Assembly (NCBI GenBank): GCA_944322255.1
Contig: CALUOK010000005.1
Coordinates: forward strand, 18,286-82,285
DNA: 64,000 nt
From: Candidatus Methanomethylophilaceae archaeon
GTDB lineage: Archaea; Thermoplasmatota; Thermoplasmata; Methanomassiliicoccales; Methanomethylophilaceae
Direction of reading: 5' to 3'
This document shows, piece after piece, positions 18,268-27,147 of this stretch (within the stretch, counting starts at the first letter, position 1; every line of letters begins with the position of its first letter). The notes under the pieces were generated by a model. It did no database searches and was not told the DNA's origin. It was given only the letters and a program-made list of their open reading frames with translations. Made by a program: the position numbers and the translations under genes.

Positions 18268-19776
18268 TTAACGCTGTGAATTATCGGTGTAGGACCACAG
18301 TCTGGCACATCTCACCGCATGGTCCCAGCCGTCGATGTGCGCCCTCCTCTCGGCCTCGCCCATTGCGGGGACGAACCTCCTGTCCAGGGTCCAGTTTTCC
18401 CTCAGGTCGTCCTCGCAGCTCCAGAACCCGACGGTGAGCCCGGCCATGTACGCCGCGCCCAGAGCGGTCGACTCGATGCACCGCGGGCGCTCCACGTCCA
18501 TGCCGGTTATGTCGGCCAGGAACTGGCAGAGGAAGTTGTTGGCGCTGGCGCCTCCGTCCACCTTCACCGAGCGGATCCTCGTGCCGGAGTCGGACTCCAT
18601 GGCGCGTATGACGTCGTTTGCCTGGAAGGCTATGGACTCCAGGGCGGCGCGGGCGATGTGGCACCTGTTGGTCCCCCTGGTGAGGCCCATGATTATGCCC
18701 CTGGCATTCTGGTCCCAATGGGGCGCACCCAGGCCCACGAACGCCGGCACGACGTAGCATCCGCAGGTGTCCTCCACGCGCTCCGCCATCCTCTCCGTCT
18801 CGGCGGACTCCTCCACGATCTGCAGCTCGTCCCTGAGCCACTGCACGGCGGCGCCCGCGATGTAGATCGAACCCTCCAGCGCGTACTCGGCGCGTCCCCC
18901 GAGGTCCCATGCCACGGTGGTGAGCAGCCCCTTGCTGGTAATCCTCGGGTCGTCGCCCATGTTCATCAGCAGGAACCCGCCGGTCCCGAAGGTTATCTTC
19001 ACATCGCCCCTGTCGAAGCAGGTCTGGCCGAACAGGGCCGCCTGCTGGTCGCCGAGGGCGGAGGCGATGGGGATCTCCGCGCCGATGACGTCGGGGTCCG
19101 TGACACCGAAGACATGGCCCGGCGGGCACGGCTCCGGGAGCATCCCGCGCGGGACTCCCAACATGTCCAGGAGGTCGTCGTCCCAGCGCAGGTCGGTTAT
19201 GTTGAACATCATTGTACGGGAGGCGTTGGAATAGTCTGTGGCGTGCACCCTCCCTCCGGTGAGGTTCCATATGATCCAGGTCTCCACAGTCCCGAAGAGG
19301 ATGCGGCCGTCCTCGGCGCCCTCCCTGGCCCCGGGGACGTTCTCCAGCACCCACCTCAGCTTGGTCCCGGAGAAGTAGGCGTCTATCTGCAGCCCGGTCT
19401 TCGACAGGACGGTCTCCCCCAGTCCGCGGTCCCTCAGCTCCTGGCAGAACGCGTGGGTCCTGCGGTCCTGCCACACGATGGCGTTGCACACCGGGATCCC
19501 CGTCCCGGCGTCCCACACCACGGTGGTCTCCCTCTGATTGGTGATGCCCACGGCAACACACTCGTCGGGATCGATCCCGGGCTTGGACAGGCAGTCTGCG
19601 ATGGTCTCCCTGCACAGCCTCCAGATCTCCGACGCGTCGTGCTCCACCATGCCGGGCCCAGGATAGATCTGCCTCAGGTCCCTCTGGGACACCGCCAGGA
19701 CCTCGCCGCGGTGCCCGAACAGCATGCAGCGCACGCTGGTGGTCCCGGCATCCACCGCTAGGACGTATCCGGCCAT
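18268..19776 (-). CDS. glpK: Glycerol kinase
   Basis: 502 aa. YVLAVDAGTTSVR, GITNQRETTVVWD and the rest of the full-length FGGY-kinase/GlpK pattern. Confidence 0.95.
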   Translation of the reverse strand: MAGYVLAVDAGTTSVRCMLFGHRGEVLAVSQRDLRQIYPGPGMVEHDASEIWRLCRETIADCLSKPGIDPDECVAVGITNQRETTVVWDAGTGIPVCNAIVWQDRRTHAFCQELRDRGLGETVLSKTGLQIDAYFSGTKLRWVLENVPGAREGAEDGRILFGTVETWIIWNLTGGRVHATDYSNASRTMMFNITDLRWDDDLLDMLGVPRGMLPEPCPPGHVFGVTDPDVIGAEIPIASALGDQQAALFGQTCFDRGDVKITFGTGGFLLMNMGDDPRITSKGLLTTVAWDLGGRAEYALEGSIYIAGAAVQWLRDELQIVEESAETERMAERVEDTCGCYVVPAFVGLGAPHWDQNARGIIMGLTRGTNRCHIARAALESIAFQANDVIRAMESDSGTRIRSVKVDGGASANNFLCQFLADITGMDVERPRCIESTALGAAYMAGLTVGFWSCEDDLRENWTLDRRFVPAMGEAERRAHIDGWDHAVRCARLWSYTDNSQR

Positions 19777-19780
19777 GGGA

Positions 19781-21100
19781 TCAGCCGCGGTACACGTCGT
19801 CCAGCGAGAAGAGCAGGACGTTGCGGTCGACCTTCGCGTGGTCCGTCAGCTCCCTGTCGAACCCGGGCCCGGAGAACAGGGCGAAGAGCTTGTTGGACCC
19901 GTCCACCTTCTTGGACCTCTCCATCAGCTCGTTCAGGTCGGCCATGCCGAAGGGCTCGCCGTGGAGCCTGCACCTGGCGGCCATGATCCTCCTGACGTCG
20001 TTCATGTTCACGGCGGCCACGAAGTCTATGATGGAGTCGCTGCTGTCGTCCTTCCTGCGGAGCTTCCCCATGAACGAGTAGTCGTAGTTGTGTGTGACGT
20101 AGTCCATGCAGACCGTCTTGAACCCGCGCTCCACGTAGGCGTCGATGTCATCCCTGGCCATCTCGAAGGCCTCCTGCGGGGACTCGAACTCCACGTGGTG
20201 GGTGTACCTGTACACGACCTCGTAGAAGAAGCGGATGATGTTGCTGCTGATGGAGTACACCGCCCTGCGGGACACGCCGGACGACACCTCCTTCTGCACG
20301 AGGCCCTTGTGCTCCATGTCGTCGAGCATCTTCTGGCAGTACGACGAGCTTATGTCCGCCTTGGCGGCCATGTCCTTCACGTTCTGGGCCCCGGCCGCCA
20401 TCGCGGAGAGGACCTTCGTGCACGCGGCGCTGACCTCGGTCTCGGCGGCCACCAGGCCCTCCGCCTCCAGGGAGAACACAGACATGTGGTCGAAGAACTG
20501 GTCGCGGATCACATCCATGGGCTTCCCAGAGAACAGCTTCTGGTACGCCGGCGTCCCTCCCACGATGGCGTAGGCCATGAGGTGCTCCATGGGGGTGTAG
20601 TCCGGATGGAACCCCTTGCACTCGAGGTACTTCATGGGCTTCAGGTCCAGGGTGTAGTAGAACCTGCCGAAGATCGAGCTGTCGTTGTCGCAGACGATTA
20701 GCATGAGCTTCGTGCCTGGGAGCTCGCGGTTCATGAACGAGCGCAGGTACGAGTTGAACTCCTGGAAGTTGCCGATCAGGTCGGAGTAGCGGTCGATTAT
20801 CACCACGACGCGCTTCTTCCCGCAGATCTTCTTGATCGTCGGGAACAGGTCCAGGATGTCGTCGAAATGCACCGGCTTCCCGGCGAAGGCCGAGAGGCTG
20901 CGGCAGATCTCGTTGATGTTGTCGGATTTCAGGCCGGCGACGCCGGTCAGGTATATGTGGGGCTTGTCCTCGCAGAAGCTGCGCAGTATCGCGGTCTTGC
21001 CCAGATGGCGACGTCCGCATATCGCGCATGCGACAGGGACCTTCTCGTAGACATCCTCCAGATACTTCAGCTCATCAGAGCGACCGACACAACCACCCAT
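19781..21100 (-). CDS. Archaeal-type ATPase with DUF234-like C-terminal region
   Basis: 439 aa. VGRSDELKYLE, Walker A GRRHLGKT, Walker-B-like VVVIIDRY and an internal wHTH-like segment. Stop lies 4 nt upstream of the glpK start. Confidence 0.75.
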   Translation of the reverse strand: MGGCVGRSDELKYLEDVYEKVPVACAICGRRHLGKTAILRSFCEDKPHIYLTGVAGLKSDNINEICRSLSAFAGKPVHFDDILDLFPTIKKICGKKRVVVIIDRYSDLIGNFQEFNSYLRSFMNRELPGTKLMLIVCDNDSSIFGRFYYTLDLKPMKYLECKGFHPDYTPMEHLMAYAIVGGTPAYQKLFSGKPMDVIRDQFFDHMSVFSLEAEGLVAAETEVSAACTKVLSAMAAGAQNVKDMAAKADISSSYCQKMLDDMEHKGLVQKEVSSGVSRRAVYSISSNIIRFFYEVVYRYTHHVEFESPQEAFEMARDDIDAYVERGFKTVCMDYVTHNYDYSFMGKLRRKDDSSDSIIDFVAAVNMNDVRRIMAARCRLHGEPFGMADLNELMERSKKVDGSNKLFALFSGPGFDRELTDHAKVDRNVLLFSLDDVYRG

Positions 21101-21282
21101 GTGGGGGCGTATGTGACTGCCCTCTATTAAAGGGTCCTTCGGACCCTTCGCCGGGCCTGAAGACCCCCGGGAAGGACGCTGGATCGCGCAATGCGCGTTA
21201 ACACGGGCATCCGAAAATCGTAGACGGCTTTACGGAACTCACACTTAACTTCGTAGATATCGGAATGATATTTTTCAGTATC

Positions 21283-21290
21283 TTTATATA
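21283..21290 (+). promoter_or_regulatory. TATA box TTTATATA upstream of echA
   Basis: Consensus archaeal TATA sequence 31-38 nt upstream of the echA ATG (21321). Confidence 0.5.
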
Positions 21291-21320
21291 CGGACGTTCT
21301 CAGCCATCCGGGTAAGGCTC

Positions 21321-23231
21321 ATGAATGATATCCTGTTCATGATGGCGGTACCGTTCATCGCGGCGCTGGTCCTCTTAGTCGTTAAGAACGACAAGGCGAG
21401 GGGATACATCGCCGAGGTCGCGGCGGCGATCATCATCCTGTCATCGGTCTGGGTGGCGTACAGCTACCTGGGTGAGCCCCAGACGTTCGAGTTCCATAAC
21501 GAGATCATCGACATGCTGATGTTCGTCGCCGAGGTGATCCTCGGACTGGCGATCATCTATCTGGGAATCAAACACAAGAAATACGCGGCATCGGTCCTCG
21601 GACTGGTGCAGCTCTGCATGTCCCTGTACTTCGAGTTCGCCCTCAAGGAGGGCATCGAGACGGAGAGGGCGCTGTACATCGACGACCTCTCCATAATCAT
21701 GGTGCTGATCATAGGAATCATCGGCAGCCTGATCTGCGTCTACGCGGTCGGGTACATGCGCGACTTCCAGGAGCACCACAGGGACGAGAAGGACCGCAGG
21801 CGCTGGTTCTTCTTCCTTCTGTTCACCTTCCTGAGCGCGATGTACGGCATCGTGCTGTCCAACGACATGGTCTGGATGTTCTTCTTCTGGGAGATCACCA
21901 CGCTGTGCTCCTTCGCGCTGATCGGCTTCACCAGGACGGAGGAGGCCGTGAACAACTCGTTCAGGCAGTTGATCCTCAACCTCGTCGGAGGCATCGCGTT
22001 CCTGGCCGCCAACATGCTGCTGGCGCACCAGTACGGACACCTCGACCTGACCTGGCTCCTGTCCCACGGACCCGATGCGGCCCAGTGGGTCCTCGTGGCC
22101 GTCATGCTCCTGTGCCTCGCGGGCATAGTCAAGTCCGCACAGATGCCGTTCCACACATGGCTGCTGGGCGCCATGGTCGCGCCCACACCCACATCCGCCC
22201 TGCTGCACTCGTCCACCATGGTCAAGGCGGGCGTGTTCATGGTCCTGAAGCTCTCCCCGCTGCTCACCGGCAACCTGGGAGGGTACATGGTCATGACCGT
22301 CGGGGGACTCACGTTCCTCCTGGCGTCCATGGCCGCCATCTCGCAGTCCAACGCCAAGAGGGTGCTGGCGTACTCCACCATCGCCAACCTCGGTCTGATT
22401 GTCGCCTGCGCTGGCGTCGGTACGCCCGAGGCCGTGTGGGCAGGGGTCATGCTGATGATCTTCCACGCCGTCACCAAGTCGATGATGTTCCTCTGCGTCG
22501 GAACGGCGGAGCACCACATCGGCAGCAGGGACATCGAGGACATGGACGGGCTGTTCGTCAGGATGCCCAAGCTGGCCATGATCATGATGATCGGTATCGC
22601 CGGCATGTTCCTCGCCCCATTCGGAATGCTCATCTCCAAGTGGGCCGCGCTCACGTCCTTCGTGGACTGCGAGTACATCGTCGTGATCGCGTGCATCGTG
22701 TTCGGCTCCGCCGTCACGTCGTTCTACTGGACCAAGTGGCTCGGCAAGCTCGCCTGCACCGCCTCCAAGGCGGAGAACTGCGAGGAGACCGTCCACAAGC
22801 AGGAGTGGTTCGTCCTCGGGGTCCTCGCGATTCTGACCATCGCCACCTGCATACTCTACCCCGTGGTCTCGTCCGAGACCATCGTGCCCTGGCTCGAGGG
22901 CGTGTTCCACACGTCCGGCGAGAGCCTGGTGCCGCTTCTGGAGGCCAACAACATGTACATCGTCATACTGATGGCCATCGTCCTGGTGCTGCTGCCGCTG
23001 CCGTTCTTCGGCAGGACCAAGAAGAGGGTCGTGCCCAACTACATGGCCGGAGTGGGGATCGACGACGAGACCTACGTCGGTTCGATGGGAGCCACCGTCG
23101 ACGTGTCCCTGAGAAACTGGTACATGAACGCCTGGTTCGGCGAGGACCGCATCAGGAAGGTCGGGGAGGCCGTGACCGCCGTGGTCATCGTGGCCCTCAT
23201 CGTCGCCGCGATCGCGGGGGTGAGCATATGA
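21321..23231 (+). CDS. echA: Energy-converting hydrogenase Ech, antiporter-like membrane subunit A
   Basis: 636 aa polytopic protein with the NuoL/HyfB-like core (WEITTLCSFALIGF, MPFHTWLLGAMVAPTPTSALLHSSTMVKAGVF). First gene of a six-gene ech-ordered cluster. Confidence 0.85.
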   Translation: MNDILFMMAVPFIAALVLLVVKNDKARGYIAEVAAAIIILSSVWVAYSYLGEPQTFEFHNEIIDMLMFVAEVILGLAIIYLGIKHKKYAASVLGLVQLCMSLYFEFALKEGIETERALYIDDLSIIMVLIIGIIGSLICVYAVGYMRDFQEHHRDEKDRRRWFFFLLFTFLSAMYGIVLSNDMVWMFFFWEITTLCSFALIGFTRTEEAVNNSFRQLILNLVGGIAFLAANMLLAHQYGHLDLTWLLSHGPDAAQWVLVAVMLLCLAGIVKSAQMPFHTWLLGAMVAPTPTSALLHSSTMVKAGVFMVLKLSPLLTGNLGGYMVMTVGGLTFLLASMAAISQSNAKRVLAYSTIANLGLIVACAGVGTPEAVWAGVMLMIFHAVTKSMMFLCVGTAEHHIGSRDIEDMDGLFVRMPKLAMIMMIGIAGMFLAPFGMLISKWAALTSFVDCEYIVVIACIVFGSAVTSFYWTKWLGKLACTASKAENCEETVHKQEWFVLGVLAILTIATCILYPVVSSETIVPWLEGVFHTSGESLVPLLEANNMYIVILMAIVLVLLPLPFFGRTKKRVVPNYMAGVGIDDETYVGSMGATVDVSLRNWYMNAWFGEDRIRKVGEAVTAVVIVALIVAAIAGVSI

Positions 23232-24097
23232 GCGACTGGATGTGGATCGTCGCCGCCGTCGTGTTCGTCGTGGTCGGACCCCTCGTCGGATGCCTCCTGG
23301 CCGGAATCGACAGGAAGATCTCCGCCAGGATGCAGAACCGTGTCGGACCCCCGATAAGGCAGCCCCTGTACGACGTGAGGAAGTTCCTCGCCAAGGAGCA
23401 GGTCACACCCAACCTGGTGCAGGACTTCTACGTCATGTGCTTCCTGCTGTTCACCATCGTCACCGGAGCCCTGTTCTTCGGCGGCATGGACCTGCTGCTG
23501 GTGATCTTCACCCTGACGCTGTCGGAGACCTTCCTGGTCCTGGCCGCGTACTCGTCCGGGTCGGTGTACTCGCAAATCGGAGCGCAGAGGGAGCTGTACG
23601 TCGCCATGGCCTACGAACCGATCATCCTGCTCATGGCCATCTGCTACTACCTGGAGTTCGGGAGCTTCGCCGTGTCCGACATCGTGGAGAGCGGCGAGAT
23701 GGCGTTCGTCCCGCTGCTCGGCGTGTTCGTCGCGTTCCTGTTCGGACTGACCATGAAGCTCAGGAAGTCCCCGTTCGACCTCAGCCTGTCCCATCACGCC
23801 CACCAGGACATAGTGAGGGGCATGGCGACCGAGTTCTCCGGAAGGACCTACGCCTCCCTGGAGATCGCCCACTGGTACGAGTCGGTCATGCTCCTGGGCA
23901 TGATGGTGCTGTTCTTCCTGAACGGCAGCTGGACCGGCGTCGTCCTGGGGGTCGTGGTCGCCGTCCTCGCCTGGATACTGGAGATCTGGATCGACAACGG
24001 CTTCGCCAGGATGAAGTGGCAGACCGCCCTGAAGAGCGGATGGGTCGTGGGACTGATACTGGGAGTCGGCAACGTGGCCGTGCTCCTGCTCATCTGA
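23228..24097 (+). CDS. echB: Ech membrane subunit B (NuoH-like)
   Basis: Starts at ATG 23228 in an ATGA overlap with the echA stop. GIDRKISARMQNRVGPP motif typical of NuoH/EchB. Confidence 0.85.
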   Translation: MSDWMWIVAAVVFVVVGPLVGCLLAGIDRKISARMQNRVGPPIRQPLYDVRKFLAKEQVTPNLVQDFYVMCFLLFTIVTGALFFGGMDLLLVIFTLTLSETFLVLAAYSSGSVYSQIGAQRELYVAMAYEPIILLMAICYYLEFGSFAVSDIVESGEMAFVPLLGVFVAFLFGLTMKLRKSPFDLSLSHHAHQDIVRGMATEFSGRTYASLEIAHWYESVMLLGMMVLFFLNGSWTGVVLGVVVAVLAWILEIWIDNGFARMKWQTALKSGWVVGLILGVGNVAVLLLI

Positions 24098-24107
24098 GGT
24101 GATGTGA

Positions 24108-24554
24108 ATGTCTGGAACAACGAAATCACCGTGGCTAATGCACTACGACGCCTCGAGCTGCAACGGATGCGACATCGAGGTCCTCGCCTGCCTCACGCCC
24201 GTCTACGACGTGGAGAGGTTCGGCGTGATCAACACCGGCGACCCCAAGCAGGCGGACATCTTCCTGGTGACGGGCGCCGTCAACGACCAGAACAAGGAGG
24301 TCGTCAAACAGCTGTACGACCAGATGCCCGAGCCCAAGGTCGTGGTGGCGGTCGGGATCTGCGCCTGCTCGGGCGGGATCTTCAAGGACTGCTACAACAT
24401 CCTGGGCGGGGTCGACCAGGTCATCCCCGTGGACGTCTACGTCCCCGGATGCGCCGCCAGGCCGGAGGCCATCATCGACGGCGTGGTCAAGGGACTGGAC
24501 GTCCTCGAGCAGAAACGCCTTAGGCTCCAGCAGGAGAAGGAGGGGAGCAAATGA
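24108..24554 (+). CDS. echC: Ech small subunit C (NuoB-like, [4Fe-4S])
   Basis: 148 aa. Cys ligands in CNGCDIE, GICACSGG and PGCAARP. GAGGTGAT Shine-Dalgarno-like box 5 nt upstream. Confidence 0.85.
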   Translation: MSGTTKSPWLMHYDASSCNGCDIEVLACLTPVYDVERFGVINTGDPKQADIFLVTGAVNDQNKEVVKQLYDQMPEPKVVVAVGICACSGGIFKDCYNILGGVDQVIPVDVYVPGCAARPEAIIDGVVKGLDVLEQKRLRLQQEKEGSK

Positions 24555-24925
24555 CCGAGAACACACAGACTTTCGAGACCGCGACGCCCGAGGAGGTCCC
24601 GGCCATCGCCGAGAGGCTGAAGGGCGAGGGCTACAGGATGGTGCAGATCTGCGGGGTGACCAAGACCGGATGCACGGAGGTCCTGTACAGCTTCGACAGG
24701 GACTTCTCCGTGAGGAACTTCAAGGTCGACGTGCCGTTCGGCACCCCCGTGAAGAGCATCACGCCCTGGTACTGGGCCGCGTTCGTGTACGAGAACGAGG
24801 TCCACGACCTGTTCGACGTGGAGTTCACCGACAGCAGGCTGGACTACAAGGGCAACTTCTTCCGCATGAGTCGGAAGACACCGTGGAAGGGGAAGGAAGC
24901 CGAAGAGACGAAGGAGGGAGCCTGA
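24551..24925 (+). CDS. echD: Ech subunit D (NuoC-like)
   Basis: 124 aa. Overlaps the echC stop by 4 nt. Position and size match EchD. Confidence 0.75.
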   Translation: MTENTQTFETATPEEVPAIAERLKGEGYRMVQICGVTKTGCTEVLYSFDRDFSVRNFKVDVPFGTPVKSITPWYWAAFVYENEVHDLFDVEFTDSRLDYKGNFFRMSRKTPWKGKEAEETKEGA

Positions 24926-26004
24926 TGGGAAAGAGAACCATCGTCCCCTTCGGACCCCAGCATCCCGCCCTCCCCGAGCCGGTCCACCTGGACCTGGAGC
25001 TGGAGGACGAGACGGTCGTGCGCGCCATCCCGTCCATCGGCTACGTCCACCGCGGACTGGAGAAGCTGGCCGAGAAGAGGGACTACAACGACATGATCTA
25101 CGTCATGGAAAGGGTCTGCGGCATCTGCAGCTTCGGCCACGGCTGGGGATACGCCGGCGCGGTCGAGGGCCTGATGGGTGTGCGGATTCCCGACAGGGCG
25201 GAGTGCCTGAGGGTCATGTTCCACGAGCTCTCCAGGGTCCACAGCCACCTGCTTTGGCTGGGCCTGCTGGCCGACGGGCTCGGGTTCGACAGCCTGTTCA
25301 TGCACTGCTGGAGGATCAGGGAGAAGGTCCTCGACGTGTTCGAGGCCATCACCGGGGGCAGGGTCATCATGTCCTTCTGCAAGGTCGGCGGCGTCAGGAA
25401 GGACCTGACCCCCGAGATGCTGAAGATGGTCAAGGACACCTGCGACATGATCGAGGACGAGATGAGGAAGACCGCCCTGGTGTTCATGAAGGACTCGTCC
25501 GTCAGGAACAGGCTGTGCGGCACCGGGGTGCTGACCAAGGAGGACGTCATCGACCTCTGCGCGGTCGGACCGGTCGCCAGGGGATCCGGCGTGAATAACG
25601 ACGTCAGGACCACCAGCGAGATGTACAGGAGCCTGGGCTTCGAGCCGATCCTCTACGACGAGGGCGACTGCTGGTCCAGGTGCATGGTCAGGGTCGACGA
25701 GATAATGCAGTCCCTAGACATCATCAGGAACGCCATCGCGAACCTCCCGGAGGGCGACGTGTCCGTCCCGGTCAAGGGCAACGCGCCGGTGGGCGACTTC
25801 ATGTTCCGCGTGGAGCAGCCCCGCGGGGAGGCGTTCTACTACGTACAGGGCAACGGCACCAAGAACCTTAGCCGCGCCAGGGTCAGGACGCCCACGAACA
25901 TCAACATCCCCGCGATGACCAAGATGCTCCAGGGATGCAACCTCCAGGACGTGTCCATGCTGGTGATCACCATAGACCCCTGCATCAGCTGCACGGAGCG
26001 CTGA
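24925..26004 (+). CDS. echE: Ech [NiFe] large subunit E (NuoD-like)
   Basis: Starts at ATG 24925 in a TGATG overlap with echD. GPQHPALPEP motif, with [NiFe] ligand motifs RVCGICSFGH (L1) and DPCISCTER (L2). Confidence 0.9.
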   Translation: MGKRTIVPFGPQHPALPEPVHLDLELEDETVVRAIPSIGYVHRGLEKLAEKRDYNDMIYVMERVCGICSFGHGWGYAGAVEGLMGVRIPDRAECLRVMFHELSRVHSHLLWLGLLADGLGFDSLFMHCWRIREKVLDVFEAITGGRVIMSFCKVGGVRKDLTPEMLKMVKDTCDMIEDEMRKTALVFMKDSSVRNRLCGTGVLTKEDVIDLCAVGPVARGSGVNNDVRTTSEMYRSLGFEPILYDEGDCWSRCMVRVDEIMQSLDIIRNAIANLPEGDVSVPVKGNAPVGDFMFRVEQPRGEAFYYVQGNGTKNLSRARVRTPTNINIPAMTKMLQGCNLQDVSMLVITIDPCISCTER

Positions 26005-26008
26005 TACC

Positions 26009-26368
26009 ATGGCGGTAATGAAGTTCGGGGGAAGGCTGCTCCGCAACCTGTTCTCCAAGCCGGCCACCAAGATGTACCCCGTGGTCCCGAGGGAGTACCC
26101 CGAGAGGAGCCGCGGGCACATCGAGTTCGACCCGACAGCCTGCATCACGTGCAACATCTGCGGGAAGAAGTGCCCCACGCATGCGATCACCATCGACAAG
26201 GCCGCACGCACCATGACGATCGACAGGATGAACTGCATCCAGTGCGGGTACTGCGCAGAGTCCTGCCCGAAGAAGTGCATCACCATCGTCCCCGGATACA
26301 CCGCGCCCGATGCGCAGAAGGTGTCCGAGACGTTCCAGATACCCGAGAAGCCGAAGGAACAGGCCTGA
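26009..26368 (+). CDS. echF: Ech subunit F, 2x[4Fe-4S] ferredoxin-like (NuoI-like)
   Basis: 119 aa with two CxxCxxCxxxCP motifs (CITCNICGKKCP and CIQCGYCAESCP). Confidence 0.85.
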   Translation: MAVMKFGGRLLRNLFSKPATKMYPVVPREYPERSRGHIEFDPTACITCNICGKKCPTHAITIDKAARTMTIDRMNCIQCGYCAESCPKKCITIVPGYTAPDAQKVSETFQIPEKPKEQA

Positions 26369-26377
26369 GGTCAAACA

Positions 26378-26407
26378 GGGGGTCCGGAAGGATCCCCTTT
26401 TTCTTTT
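26378..26407 (+). terminator. Hairpin plus T-tract terminator after echF
   Basis: GGGGGTCC-GGAA-GGATCCCC forms 8 bp (one G-U pair, GNRA loop). TTTTTCTTTT follows immediately. Confidence 0.7.
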
Positions 26408-26509
26408 ACCCCCAATCCAGAATATTATCTGCCTCCCTGCACCGATGTTTCCGGCTCCAGATTATTAGGCATACCTAAATTTAAATACTGATTTAGTTAT
26501 TCCTAAATT

Positions 26510-26935
26510 ATGTCGAACGTAGCAGTGGTATACTGGAGCGACACAGGGAACACCGAGGCCATGGCCAACCTCGTGGCCGAGGGGATCCGCTCGGCCGGAG
26601 GGAACGCCGAGATCATCACGGCCGACGGGTTCGGCCCGGACAAGGTCTCCCAGTACGACGCGATAGCATTCGGATGCCCCGCGATGGGGGACGAGGTGCT
26701 GGAGGAGGACATCTTCGAGCCCATGTTCGCCGCAGTGGAGGGATCACTGTCCGGCAAGAGGGTCGGGCTGTTCGGATCCTACGACTGGGGCGACGGGCAG
26801 TGGATGAGAGACTGGGCCGACAGGTGCAGGGCGGCGGGGGCCGACCTGGCCAACGAGGGAGTCATCGCCAACCTCTCCCCGAACGACGCCGAGGCGGAGG
26901 ACTGCAGGAAACTCGGCGAGCTGATGTGCTCATGA
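26510..26935 (+). CDS. Short-chain flavodoxin
   Basis: 141 aa. N-terminal FMN-phosphate loop VVYWSDTGNTEAMA and the FGSYDWGDG motif. Confidence 0.9.
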   Translation: MSNVAVVYWSDTGNTEAMANLVAEGIRSAGGNAEIITADGFGPDKVSQYDAIAFGCPAMGDEVLEEDIFEPMFAAVEGSLSGKRVGLFGSYDWGDGQWMRDWADRCRAAGADLANEGVIANLSPNDAEAEDCRKLGELMCS

Positions 26936-27045
26936 CACTAGACATACGCCAGCTGGCGAGAAGGAACGGGATACGCTCGGACTACGACATCCCGGAGGAC
27001 AGGACGAACGAAGACGCGATGGAGGTGGACATAAGGAGACTCTGA
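26932..27045 (+). CDS. Possible 37-aa small protein
   Basis: ATG 26932 overlaps the flavodoxin TGA (ATGA). Charged sequence MTLDIRQLARRNGIRSDYDIPEDRTNEDAMEVDIRRL. No homology recognised. Confidence 0.25.
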   Translation: MTLDIRQLARRNGIRSDYDIPEDRTNEDAMEVDIRRL

Positions 27046-27073
27046 GGACAGCACGCCGATACTCACATCACTC

Positions 27074-27126
27074 GCACCCGGCCGGAATCATTGCCGTAGT
27101 AACCATAGTATCACTCGGCCGGGTGC
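27074..27126. repeat. 11-bp perfect inverted repeat with 31-nt loop between convergent genes
   Basis: GCACCCGGCCG at 27074-27084 pairs with CGGCCGGGTGC at 27116-27126. Confidence 0.6.
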
Positions 27127-27147
27127 AACACTCCGCATTCTCAAACA

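Noticed and set aside
21321-26368. Reading the six-gene cluster as a Nuo/Fpo-like (non-hydrogenase) complex
   Set aside because: The NuoD-like subunit retains both CxxC [NiFe] ligand motifs. The cluster also has exactly the six-gene ech composition rather than 11 or more nuo/fpo genes.
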